A stretch of DNA of 64,000 nt from Dehalococcoidia bacterium. GTDB taxonomy: Bacteria; Chloroflexota; Dehalococcoidia; Dehalococcoidales; UBA3254. The stretch is taken from assembly GCA_025361145.1 (NCBI GenBank), contig JANYAV010000022.1, forward strand, positions 3,598 to 67,597. Reading direction: 5' to 3'. Below are positions 17,239 to 32,744 of the stretch, in pieces. Position numbers and translations under genes: made by a program. The stretch's first letter is position 1; the number at the start of each line of letters is the position of its first letter. The notes under the pieces are model-generated. The model did no database searches. It saw nothing but the letters and a program-made list of their open reading frames with translations, and was not told where the DNA came from.

Positions 17239-18723
17239 TTAATCAATTTTTTCGCGCTGGGCAGGGAATAAAATCACTTCACGAATGGAGGTTTGGTTAG
17301 TAAGTAGCATAACCAAGCGGTCAATGCCGATACCCAATCCTCCGGTAGGCGGCATGCCGTGCTCCATAGCCAGCACGAAATCCTCATCCATTTTTTGGGC
17401 TTCATCGTCACCTTTCTCGCGATCTTCCATCTGCTTCATGAAGCGTTGACGCTGGTCGATAGGATCATTCAATTCGGTAAAGGCGTTAGCGATTTCCATG
17501 CCGCCGCAATAAGCCTCAAAACGCTCAACAATATGGTCGCTGCCCGGTTTCTTTTTGGCCAGGGGCGACATCTCAATGGGGTAGTCGTAAAGAAAAGTTG
17601 GCTGGATCAGTTGAGGATCGACGTAAGTAGAGACTATTTCATCGATCAGTTTACCTCGTTCGCGCATGGGATCAAACTGCATCTTGCGTGCAGTCATTTC
17701 AGCTTTTAAAGACGCGGTATCAGGAAATTGCTCATAATCTAAGCCAGCATACTGCATAACAGCCTGCCGCATTTCCAGCCTTCTCCAGGGAGGCGTGAAG
17801 TCTATAGTTTGACCATTATATTCGACTTTCATTGAGCCGTGGACCTGCTGACAAACACTTGAAACCAAATCCTCGACGGTCTTCATGACATCCTGATAAT
17901 CAGCATAGGTCTCATAACTTTCCAGCATGGTGAACTCAGGATTATGTTTGACGGAAATGCCTTCATTACGGAAGATACGGCCGATTTCATAAACCTTATC
18001 GAAACCACCGATGATCAATCTCTTAAGATGCAGTTCGAGAGCGATCCTGAGAAAAAAGTCCCTGTCCAAAGTATTGTGATGAGTGATAAAAGGACGCGCG
18101 GTAGCACCGCCGGCTTCCGGCTGTAAGACGGGAGTTTCGACTTCCAGAAAGTCCCGCTTATTGAGAAAATCACGGATGGCGCTGATGGTTTTACTGCGGG
18201 TTTCAAAAATCTTTTTCACATCCGGGTTGGAAATCAGGTCCAGGTATCTCTGGCGGTATCTTTTTTCGACGTCAACCAATCCGTGCCATTTTTCGGGCAG
18301 AGGCTGAAGAGACTTAGCCAGCAGGGTGAAATCCGATACTTCCACGGTGGGTTCGCCGGAGCGAGTCAGGAATAATTTGCCCTGCGCTCCAAGGATGTCG
18401 CCTATATCGATATCTTTAACGGTATTAAATTTAGCTTCAGAGAAATTGTTAATGCGGAAAAACAGCTGGATTTTACCGCTGCCGTCTCGCAAATCCATGA
18501 AAACAGTTTTGCCCATACCACGCTTAGCCATTATTCGGCCTGCCACATTCACCCTGAATTCTTGTGTTAAAAGAGCGTCCTTGTTATTTTGGGCAGTATT
18601 AACGGCTTCAACGGCGGTATGTGAGCGATGATAACCATAGGGAAAAGGCTCAATGCCGGCAGAACGCAGGGCTGCCAGTTTATTCAATTTTTGCTGGGTC
18701 AGTTCATCAATTGGATGCGACAT
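17239..18723 (-). CDS. lysS: lysyl-tRNA synthetase, class II
   Basis: OB-fold N-terminal domain plus class II motifs (FRNEG, GGLGIGIDRLVM). 494 aa. Confidence 0.95.
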   Translation of the reverse strand: MSHPIDELTQQKLNKLAALRSAGIEPFPYGYHRSHTAVEAVNTAQNNKDALLTQEFRVNVAGRIMAKRGMGKTVFMDLRDGSGKIQLFFRINNFSEAKFNTVKDIDIGDILGAQGKLFLTRSGEPTVEVSDFTLLAKSLQPLPEKWHGLVDVEKRYRQRYLDLISNPDVKKIFETRSKTISAIRDFLNKRDFLEVETPVLQPEAGGATARPFITHHNTLDRDFFLRIALELHLKRLIIGGFDKVYEIGRIFRNEGISVKHNPEFTMLESYETYADYQDVMKTVEDLVSSVCQQVHGSMKVEYNGQTIDFTPPWRRLEMRQAVMQYAGLDYEQFPDTASLKAEMTARKMQFDPMRERGKLIDEIVSTYVDPQLIQPTFLYDYPIEMSPLAKKKPGSDHIVERFEAYCGGMEIANAFTELNDPIDQRQRFMKQMEDREKGDDEAQKMDEDFVLAMEHGMPPTGGLGIGIDRLVMLLTNQTSIREVILFPAQREKID

Positions 18724-19221
18724 TCATTTTTCCTTACTATTTTAAAATAACATACAGGAGGGCAAAAACACAGTAGATTTATTGGCTAATTATAGCCTGT
18801 TGAGGCGAGGATAGTAAAGATGGTGAAGGAAACAAAAAAGCCCGCCTCAAATTAGGAGCGAGTTTTTTATCATTGCTAAATTGTGACCCGATACAGAAGC
18901 TTGAGTCGAAAATTATTTTGCTTGTCTCACAGCCGTTCTGCGCCCTTTTTGTCTGGCGCGTTGCTGGCTATGGACTAATTTGGAACCCCTCTTGAGCCCT
19001 TTTATTTTTACCATTACTTTAGTTCCCCTCCGGTATTATTTTGGGCATCATGCAACTAATTCGGCTTGCCTCGGTTTTTACCTGTAATGAACATTCCAAT
19101 ATTTCAGTCATCAGCTTTCGATATCCAACGGCCTGTCTTATAGACGGTTCCTTTTTACCTGAGAGAAATTATCATTCAATTACAGTATAGACTGAAAGTT
19201 CTGTTCCGGTGGAATACGGTG

Positions 19222-19264
19222 AACAAAAGAGGGAATGGATTTGTCTAGTTTATCCACTCCCTCT
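19222..19264 (-). terminator. rho-independent terminator of gap
   Basis: On the minus strand: AGAGGGAGTGGAT-loop-ATCCATTCCCTCT followed by TTTTGTT. Confidence 0.8.
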
Positions 19265-19303
19265 TAGTATTAAAATTTAATGCGTGAAATCAGCTTATAG
19301 CTT

Positions 19304-20332
<1,029 letters not shown>

Positions 20333-20375
20333 TCAATATATAAATTGGATGCTTTTATAGTTGATAATCGAAAAA

Positions 20376-21149
20376 CTATCTTTTTTTCTTTGCCTCTTGA
20401 ATCCCGTATAGCAGCTCGCAGCGTAAAAAGCGGGACCTACCCCAGGCATTCTTAAGTTGTTTAAGGCGGCTAACAGTGTCTCCAGCATAGACGAGATGAT
20501 AGTAAGGGTCATAAGTAGAGGCAGTTGGTTTGAAATCCTCCACAAATTTATAGCCGAGTCCTGATAGTCCATCTTTAAACAACTCAACCAGCCGGGGTTT
20601 GATGTCCTCTGACTTGCCAGCCTGTTTGAGGTTTTTCAATTCTTCCCAGCGGCGGTTGCCGTAAAAGCGGGTTACCGATTCTGCGCATTCCGGTCGTACC
20701 AGATTCCGCAGTAAAGCCATTTCCAGTGGAAAAATGATTAAAAGCTCAGTCTTCTCACCTTGCCTGTTCTTGCCCAGTTCAGCCAAGCGCTCCAGCGTCT
20801 TCCAGCTCAAGCGCCGGTAACCGCCCGGATCTATAAAGGCCAAACTGGAAGCTGAACGAGGGATCTGGTCTATTAGAAGTTCCAGGGTTTTTACATTATT
20901 GGGATTACCTACCAGGATCTGAACGTCACTCTTGCTCAGATTAGCCACCGAGGTTTTTAAATTATCCGCGGTAGATTTTATGGAGGTTAGAAAAGCATAT
21001 CGCGCGAAATTAGCTCGGTTTTTTAAAACCCTGACTGCTGAACCTTCCAACCGGCAATTCATATCGCTACAGGGAAAACTACCGAGGCCAGCAAAAAACT
21101 CCAGATAGCAGTAAGAAGTTTTTCGGGTTGAGGAGGCATAACTTTCCAT
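20376..21149 (-). CDS. three-Cys-motif partner protein TcmP-like (family assignment from memory of its conserved blocks)
   Basis: Conserved blocks YLEFFAGLG, EGSA and LAFIDPGGY. The reading frame, including the family-typical W..HK segment, stays open upstream to 21245. It has no ATG, GTG or TTG there, so the true 5' end is probably upstream of 21149. Confidence 0.55.
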   Translation of the reverse strand: MESYASSTRKTSYCYLEFFAGLGSFPCSDMNCRLEGSAVRVLKNRANFARYAFLTSIKSTADNLKTSVANLSKSDVQILVGNPNNVKTLELLIDQIPRSASSLAFIDPGGYRRLSWKTLERLAELGKNRQGEKTELLIIFPLEMALLRNLVRPECAESVTRFYGNRRWEELKNLKQAGKSEDIKPRLVELFKDGLSGLGYKFVEDFKPTASTYDPYYHLVYAGDTVSRLKQLKNAWGRSRFLRCELLYGIQEAKKKR

Positions 21150-21440
21150 GAACTCCGAAAAGCTTTCCAGCTTATGGCAGGTCCATTTATGAATCTCTCC
21201 GGGAGTTTTGACTGGTATGGTTGTCTCCTTGGTCCGGCGACACCCTTATCCCACCTATAAAACTGCCGTAACTTTTATTCCGGTGAATCCACTGCCTATT
21301 ATGCCATTAATAGAACTCAAAATCCAGCTGGCAGGGATGCTGATCAACTCATCCGGTTCCAGTATTGATATGGTTGAGTCCAGCGTAAAAAATCAAAGCC
21401 ATTGGCATTGAATAAATGCCGGCTCAATCGCTTTTAGAGA

Positions 21441-22784
<1,344 letters not shown>

Positions 22785-22787
22785 TTA

Positions 22788-24287
22788 TCAAGCAGTAGTT
22801 ACTTTAAATTTGCGTTTGTCGCGTTTACATAAAACCTGCACAACATGGTTGCCTGACATTAAACCGGAAGGCAACCCGCCGCCGGGCATCACCCACTGAC
22901 CGACCATATAGAAATTATCCAGTCCCGGTAGTGTTTTTTTCATCCGAAGATTCATGTTTTCCGGGGTCATCAAGAACCCTTCGAAAGAACCTTGCCAGTT
23001 GCCAGTGTAACGGTAAAACGTTGTAGGTGTGGCTACATCCCACATTTCAAGTTGTTTGGATAACCCGGGGAAGCGCTTGTTCAAAGCCGAAACTACGGCT
23101 GCGGCGATTTTTTCTTTTTCTGCTTTATAAAGCGCGTGATCCTGGCTAAGCTCATGCCAGTAAGAAAAATCCGATTCGAACATTACTTCCAGCGTAGTTC
23201 TGTCCTCTGGGGCAAAGGAAAGATCGAAGTTATAAATTTTTACACCCAGGGTCTTATTTTCTTTGTTGCCAACTTTGATAGGCTTATCCAGCGGAATGAT
23301 CAGGCTGGACACCATTTGAGGTACATCCGTGAAGACCCGCTTCACGCCCAGACCGACAAATACCAGAGGCTGAAAAATAGGCATTTTATAATAATTATCG
23401 ATCGTTGAATCAACAAATTTACCTTCAAGCATTTCCCAGATCGTAGCGTGTCCGTCCGCGGCGGAGATAATATAATCTGCTTTGTGTTCGGTGCCGTTGG
23501 TCAACAGAATACCTACCGCCTTGCCGTCTTCAACCAGAATATTTTCTACCCCTGACCTGTAAGAAACCTTGCCCCCCAACTCGCAATAGCGTTGTTCCAT
23601 ATTCAGGGCTAGCTCTAGAGAACCTCCAATGACATAACCGGCATTCTTAGTATGCAGCCAACCCAGAGTCATTAAAAGACAGACCGAAGAAAACTCCGGG
23701 GGACAGAAGAGAAGCCATGATTCGCGCAGCAGAGGGTTTTGAAATCTTCCGGCGAATTCAGTCATGGTCATTTTGCCCCATTTCTTGAAGTCACCCATAA
23801 ACGGGGACATCTTAGCCATCATTTTCAGATTATCCAGAGGACTGTAAAGTTCGGGAGCTTTGTCAGCCGGTATATCCATTTCTGCAAAGTGGCGAACCGC
23901 AGCGCAGAATTCATCGATGAAAGCAGAGTCTTCGGGAGCGATCTCCTTTAGATGAGTCGCCAATCGATCGACGTCCGAATAAAGGGTAACGGTTTTGCCG
24001 TCGGCGCTTTCGTAGCGCGAAAAGATATCCATATCAATGATGGTTTTATCTTTGATCGCGCCGACTTCTTGCCAGAGGTGGTGCATACCGGACTTGGGCG
24101 AGGAGCCTACCAGCCAGTGCAGACACCCGTCAATGATATAGCCGTTACGTTCCCATGATGTGCACAGGCCTCCCGGTTTAATGCCCATTTCGAAGATTTG
24201 AGTTTTATAGCCATTCATCTGAGCATATATTCCGGTGGTAAGCCCGGCTACGCCTGCTCCGATGATGATAACTGATTTTTCTGCCAC
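22788..24287 (-). CDS. NAD(P)/FAD-dependent oxidoreductase, phytoene-desaturase (CrtI/COG1233-like) family
   Basis: The dinucleotide fold VIIIGAGVAGL sits right after the proposed GTG start at 24287 (AGGAGG 7 nt upstream). The ORF-track TTG start is at 24362. The C-terminus is CrtI-like (GGGLPSGLMSG). Confidence 0.7.
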   Translation of the reverse strand: MAEKSVIIIGAGVAGLTTGIYAQMNGYKTQIFEMGIKPGGLCTSWERNGYIIDGCLHWLVGSSPKSGMHHLWQEVGAIKDKTIIDMDIFSRYESADGKTVTLYSDVDRLATHLKEIAPEDSAFIDEFCAAVRHFAEMDIPADKAPELYSPLDNLKMMAKMSPFMGDFKKWGKMTMTEFAGRFQNPLLRESWLLFCPPEFSSVCLLMTLGWLHTKNAGYVIGGSLELALNMEQRYCELGGKVSYRSGVENILVEDGKAVGILLTNGTEHKADYIISAADGHATIWEMLEGKFVDSTIDNYYKMPIFQPLVFVGLGVKRVFTDVPQMVSSLIIPLDKPIKVGNKENKTLGVKIYNFDLSFAPEDRTTLEVMFESDFSYWHELSQDHALYKAEKEKIAAAVVSALNKRFPGLSKQLEMWDVATPTTFYRYTGNWQGSFEGFLMTPENMNLRMKKTLPGLDNFYMVGQWVMPGGGLPSGLMSGNHVVQVLCKRDKRKFKVTTA

Positions 24288-24376
24288 GGTAACGCCTCCT
24301 GACACAGCATGAAATGAAAAATATTCCTCCTGTACTTTACGGGAATTTGCTTTTAGATTCAAGTGGGATGGGGCAG

Positions 24377-25171
24377 TTATGCGTAACTAAAACGGGCTAC
24401 TTGAGGGCTGTCCTGTAGTTCCCAGCGGCCGTGAATACCGGAGTACAGAGCCGCGACTTCCAGGTGGAGCATCGCGATGCCGCAATCTAATCTTTTCGAG
24501 ACTTTGAAGTCGAGTTTGCCTATATCAGTCGAAATAGTGACAGCCTTCTCTTCGATGAAGAATCTCCAGGGCTGTCGGTTGGTGGCGGATGGAGCGATTC
24601 TGGCGGCTTCCAGAGCAGATTTTAGCCAGATCGGCCATTGTTCTTCGGACAGACCACTGATTAACTCAGTTAAGGGTTTGCGTTTACGGCTATTGGCAAA
24701 TCCGGTAAGGGCTTTCTCAGCCAGCGTTTTTTCTGCGAGTGGGTATCCCAAGGGAGAAACGGCCAGAACTCTTTCATACGGCGCAAGTTTTACTCGATGG
24801 GTCACAGCCGCTGGACTGAAGAATCCAGCTACCCAGCAGGTTCCTAGGTTAAGCGCGGTAGCTTCAAGAACGACGGCTTCTCCGGTGTAACCAACCGCTT
24901 CCTGAACATGAGGTTGCCTCATATCTCCAATAAAGGCCAACGCGGCGTATGGATTACGGATGACACCATATGAACCGAGAATAAAATCAAAAATCCTGCC
25001 TGGTGAATCGGTTATCACTTCCACTCTGGCTTCAGGAAATGGCCGGAAGTCCGCACAGGTAGTTTTTACGATGGATAGATTTTCCGCAGGAATAGGTATG
25101 AGCGGATCATATTGACGTCTAGATAATCTGATTCCGAGGCCTTGATACCAGCGTTGATGGTCAATTTCCAT
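24377..25171 (-). CDS. nitroreductase family protein (TM1586-like layout)
   Basis: Motifs RLSRRQY, LNLGTCWVAGFF and ARIAPSATNRQPWRF. Confidence 0.7.
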   Translation of the reverse strand: MEIDHQRWYQGLGIRLSRRQYDPLIPIPAENLSIVKTTCADFRPFPEARVEVITDSPGRIFDFILGSYGVIRNPYAALAFIGDMRQPHVQEAVGYTGEAVVLEATALNLGTCWVAGFFSPAAVTHRVKLAPYERVLAVSPLGYPLAEKTLAEKALTGFANSRKRKPLTELISGLSEEQWPIWLKSALEAARIAPSATNRQPWRFFIEEKAVTISTDIGKLDFKVSKRLDCGIAMLHLEVAALYSGIHGRWELQDSPQVARFSYA

Positions 25172-25208
25172 TTTATTACTCCGGGGAGGACCGATTTTTT
25201 AAATATAA

Positions 25209-26459
25209 TTAAATCTGATTCTCGATGCTGATCTCTCGAAGAGTATTAAGTCCGGCAAAAAATTCGCGCATCATGACACTAATAATATACATACCGCGGC
25301 GGTTGACTCTGATTTCGCTTTCGGTCTCGGTAACCGCGCCGACCGCTTTCAAGAGCCGTATCTCCATCCCCAGTTTATTATAGATTTCAGTGTCGAACTG
25401 CTGCTTGAACTGCTCTTTGTTGACTCTGGTTCCAAAGAGCTTGGTCAGCAGATAATAACGGAAGTATTCTTTTTCCGATAGATCCCGGCGGCGGGCAATA
25501 GGTAGACGGTTGTTTTGCAAATGGTCAGCGTATTTGTCAAGAGAAAAAGAGTTTACATAAAATATTCCATTCACTAAACTAACAGAGCCTGCTCCTATGC
25601 CGATGTAATCAGCATAATCCACAATATATTCATCTATCATCCTGGTTCCTTTTGAGAAACACCAGACGGTGGAAGCCTGGTAGCCCTGGTCGAAAATTTC
25701 ACTCAATATCAACTTGTAAAATCTTTTCTCCCGCCCATTGTCTACTCTGGCAAAACGGCGTTCCATGGCGCTCTTTTTATGGGGGGAGGGCATCAGAGGA
25801 TAAAAAGTCACCTGATCAATACCCATTTCTTTAAAGATTCGAATATCGGAGGCGAATTTCTCTGGAGTTTGGAAAGGGAAATTAAAGATCAAATCAACGT
25901 TGACCGTCTCGAACTGGCCGAGGGTCATTTTAATTTTCTGCCTGGCTTCGGTGCCGGTGCTTAAAACCCTGCCCATCGATTTTAGCATTTCATCGTCGAA
26001 ACTCTGGACACCTAATGAGATGCGTTTGATTCCGGCGGTTTGGAGAGATTTTACAATTTCAGGTGTAATTTCCTGGGGGGTAGTTTCCATTGAGATATTT
26101 CTGACCGGGAATTTTTGTTTTAAGTAAGCGATGAAGGACAGCAATTCATCCATCATTATGGTAGGGGTGCCGCCACCGAAATAGAACTCGGAGAAGGTGA
26201 AGCCGCGCTGGATGTAGATATCTAATTCATGTCTTAACTGGCTGAAATAGGCACGTGCCTTTTCCGCATTAAAAAGATAGCGGTTAAAACAGCAGAATGG
26301 GCAGAGACTGCGGCAGAATGGGATATGAATATATAGCGAGAGTTGCTCTCCCGGACGCAAGATACGGCTAGTGATCAAGGAATCATCTACCTGCTCTGAA
26401 AGCTTGAGAAATTTTCGGCCTTCCCGCTTTGTGATGTAACCCGCAATTTCCGGAATCAA
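25209..26459 (-). CDS. radical SAM protein, HemN/HemW-like (coproporphyrinogen III oxidase family)
   Basis: YIHIPFCRSLCPFCCF (CxxxCxxC cluster motif), 416 aa, and a HemN-like C-terminal region. TTG start. Confidence 0.75.
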   Translation of the reverse strand: MIPEIAGYITKREGRKFLKLSEQVDDSLITSRILRPGEQLSLYIHIPFCRSLCPFCCFNRYLFNAEKARAYFSQLRHELDIYIQRGFTFSEFYFGGGTPTIMMDELLSFIAYLKQKFPVRNISMETTPQEITPEIVKSLQTAGIKRISLGVQSFDDEMLKSMGRVLSTGTEARQKIKMTLGQFETVNVDLIFNFPFQTPEKFASDIRIFKEMGIDQVTFYPLMPSPHKKSAMERRFARVDNGREKRFYKLILSEIFDQGYQASTVWCFSKGTRMIDEYIVDYADYIGIGAGSVSLVNGIFYVNSFSLDKYADHLQNNRLPIARRRDLSEKEYFRYYLLTKLFGTRVNKEQFKQQFDTEIYNKLGMEIRLLKAVGAVTETESEIRVNRRGMYIISVMMREFFAGLNTLREISIENQI

Positions 26460-26487
26460 ATTGTTACTCTCTTCCTCGCAAAGGAGG

Positions 26488-30489
<4,002 letters not shown>

Positions 30490-30495
<6 letters not shown>

Positions 30496-31074
30496 GAGAT
30501 TTATACCAAGTTCTTTGAGACAGTCAGATAGAGCGTTTAGAGGCAAACCAACTACGTTATAGTAATCCCCCCGGATCTTTTCTACAATCAACGCTCCCAT
30601 TCCCTGGATAGCGTACGCTCCGGCCTTGTCTAACGGTTCTCCGCTTTGGACGTAGTTTTGGATTTCCTGTGAGGTCAGCTTCTTGATATGCACATAAGTC
30701 TCGACGGTGCGAGTCAACAAATTGTCCGAGCCTGTGTCGATCACGGTTAATGCTGTAACAACGCGGTGAGTTTTTCCACTGAGACTGTGCAGCATTATGA
30801 CCGCTTCTTTCGCGTTATGAGGTTTGCCAATCAGATGGTTATTAAGAACCCCAATAGTATCGGCTGCAATAATAATGGCATCCGGGTGCCTGGAGGCTAC
30901 GAAATTAGCTTTGCCTAGAGAGTTATACTTAACCAACTCTTCCGGTGATAGGTACTGTCTTGTTTTTTCGGGAAATTCGCTAGGATCCACCTGAATTTTC
31001 AAACCGATTTTTTCCAGCAGTTCTCTACGCCGTGGAGAGGCTGAAGCCAGGACGATCAATCGTTTTTGTTCCAA
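30490..31074 (-). CDS. maf: Maf-like nucleoside triphosphate pyrophosphatase
   Basis: N-terminal LASASPRRRELL and GAYAIQG motifs. Confidence 0.9.
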
Positions 31075-31139
31075 TTAATTTCCTCAATAATTCAGATTAG
31101 CCACGAATATACCCAATTATGCAGGTCAAAACAATAAAA

Positions 31140-31916
31140 TCATGCTGCCGGTTTATCAAACCGTCCGCCAAGGGAATCCAGCCAGGTAGCTGACTTGACC
31201 TCTTTTTCCAGGATATAGCGGATATACCCTGCCATCAAGTTTTTCAATTCTCCTGCCAACTCGGCGCTGATTTTAAGCCGACCAGCCGTCTCAAAGTTGT
31301 TTTTCTGAACAAATCTGAGCACTTTTAAGGCGTCTATTGAGATCGAAAAACTGGTGGGCTCCTCGTACAAACAGTTGGGGCAAAGAGCGCCACCGGCGGC
31401 TGAGCAGAAAGTATTAGCTTCTGGTTTTAATTCTGTCTTGCAGGCCACGCATTCACGCAGTTGTGGCCGGTAGCCTGAGATATCCAGAAGGCGCATCTCA
31501 AAATAGCGTAGAATCAGGTCGCTGTTTTGGGCCTGAGATAGTCGGCTTAGAGTCTCAATTAGTAATTCGAACATGGATTGGTTGGCGCTATTCTGAGGAT
31601 TAAATTGATTTACAAGCTCAGCGGCATATAAACCATAAGAGGTCAACCATAAATCGTTCTTGAGGGGCAAGAAGGAGTCTATCGTCTGACTGCCTATCAC
31701 GGTGTCCAGGTTATGACCGCGGGCAAGCCTGATCTGGGTGTAAGTCAACAACTCCAGGTGCCCGGCCAGTTTGCTCTTTGGTCTACGCACTCCTTTAGCA
31801 ACTGCTTCTATTTTGCCGTGGTCGCGCGTGTAGAAAGTGAGTATTCTGTCAGCCTCACCCAGCTTGATTTTTTTGATGACCACCGCTTCGGTCTGGTATT
31901 CCCGAGACTCAGGCAT
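31140..31916 (-). CDS. recO: DNA repair protein RecO
   Basis: OB-fold N-terminus (EAVVIKKIKLGEADRILTFYT) and a zinc finger (CVAC...CPNC). Confidence 0.9.
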   Translation of the reverse strand: MPESREYQTEAVVIKKIKLGEADRILTFYTRDHGKIEAVAKGVRRPKSKLAGHLELLTYTQIRLARGHNLDTVIGSQTIDSFLPLKNDLWLTSYGLYAAELVNQFNPQNSANQSMFELLIETLSRLSQAQNSDLILRYFEMRLLDISGYRPQLRECVACKTELKPEANTFCSAAGGALCPNCLYEEPTSFSISIDALKVLRFVQKNNFETAGRLKISAELAGELKNLMAGYIRYILEKEVKSATWLDSLGGRFDKPAA

Positions 31917-31922
31917 TTCGGC

Positions 31923-32618
31923 TTATCCCTTACTCTTTAATCTGGACTGAATAGCTTCACAGGACAGTTCTCTCAGGGCATCAGCTGCTATCCAGCGGGC
32001 AGCGGGAGAATCAATTTGTTGAATTTCTTGAGCCAAGGCCACGGCTTCCTTATTGAGCAACATATTGCGCTTGCCGATCTGCCGTATAGCCCAATTCACC
32101 GCTTTTTTTATGAAATTACGTGTATCTGTAGCGCCGGCTTTAAGCGCCGGGAAAAATTGGATTAATTTTTCATTGCCGGCTTTCTTATCGTGAACAGCCA
32201 GGACTGCCATCATAACGAACCCTGCTCTTTTAACGAATTCCTCAGGGCGGTTACTCCATTGCAGGGCCTTTAGATAAGACCAGTGGGTGTGTGAATAAAG
32301 GTTGCTGCAACACTGGTCACAGATGTCCCAGGAGTCGAACTCCGCTGTCCACTTCTCCATCTGTGCTTCAGTCACCAACGCTGGTTGGTCTACCAGTGTA
32401 GCCAGAATGCGGGCTTCGTGAATGCCGTAATCCCAGAGTTGCAAAGCCAACTCGTGATTGCGGCCCAATTGTCTTGCCGTTTTTCTTAGAACTGGAATGG
32501 ATATGCCTAGCGTATTGACAGGACTAATACCGAAGCGAGCCATCCCCGCAACGTTGGCGGGGTTAGATTGTGATTTTAATTGCGCGATTATTTCAGTAAC
32601 TGTTTTATTCCCTATCAT
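31923..32618 (-). CDS. DNA alkylation repair protein (AlkD-like HEAT-repeat family)
   Basis: 231-aa helical-repeat protein with family-like segments (MARFGI...LGISIPVLRKTARQL...LWDYGIHEARILA). Confidence 0.7.
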   Translation of the reverse strand: MIGNKTVTEIIAQLKSQSNPANVAGMARFGISPVNTLGISIPVLRKTARQLGRNHELALQLWDYGIHEARILATLVDQPALVTEAQMEKWTAEFDSWDICDQCCSNLYSHTHWSYLKALQWSNRPEEFVKRAGFVMMAVLAVHDKKAGNEKLIQFFPALKAGATDTRNFIKKAVNWAIRQIGKRNMLLNKEAVALAQEIQQIDSPAARWIAADALRELSCEAIQSRLKSKG

Positions 32619-32744
32619 ACTATTAATAGTTTAGGCTGAAACAGGAGGTTATTCAAGCGCGATTTGATGGGATTTTACTTGCGCACATGCACTGCATCAA
32701 GTAAACTAAAAAGGTTATCAAACGAAAAAATAGGTGGTATTAAA

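Noticed and set aside
18724-19228. T-box leader or lysine (L-box) riboswitch upstream of lysS.
   Set aside because: I could not find the conserved T-box 14-mer (AANNNGGGTGGTACCGCG-like), an AGAGA/GNUGNA specifier context, or the L-box GAGGCGC/GCCGAAG core. The region is kept only as an unexplained spacer.
21208-21411. 67-aa plus-strand ORF in the eno/TcmP spacer. Also tiny minus-strand ORFs there as a possible three-Cys partner of TcmP.
   Set aside because: The plus-strand ORF has no SD or motif and is on the wrong strand. The minus-strand ORFs are 19 aa or shorter and contain no cysteines.
24377-25171. Apparent circular permutation or duplication of the nitroreductase fold. The GTCWVAGFF-type motif comes before the APSATNRQPW motif.
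   Set aside because: As far as I recall, this order is normal for the TM1586-type subfamily. It has an RRSxRxY-like N-terminus (RLSRRQY) followed later by the APSxxNxQPW segment. It is not evidence of rearrangement.
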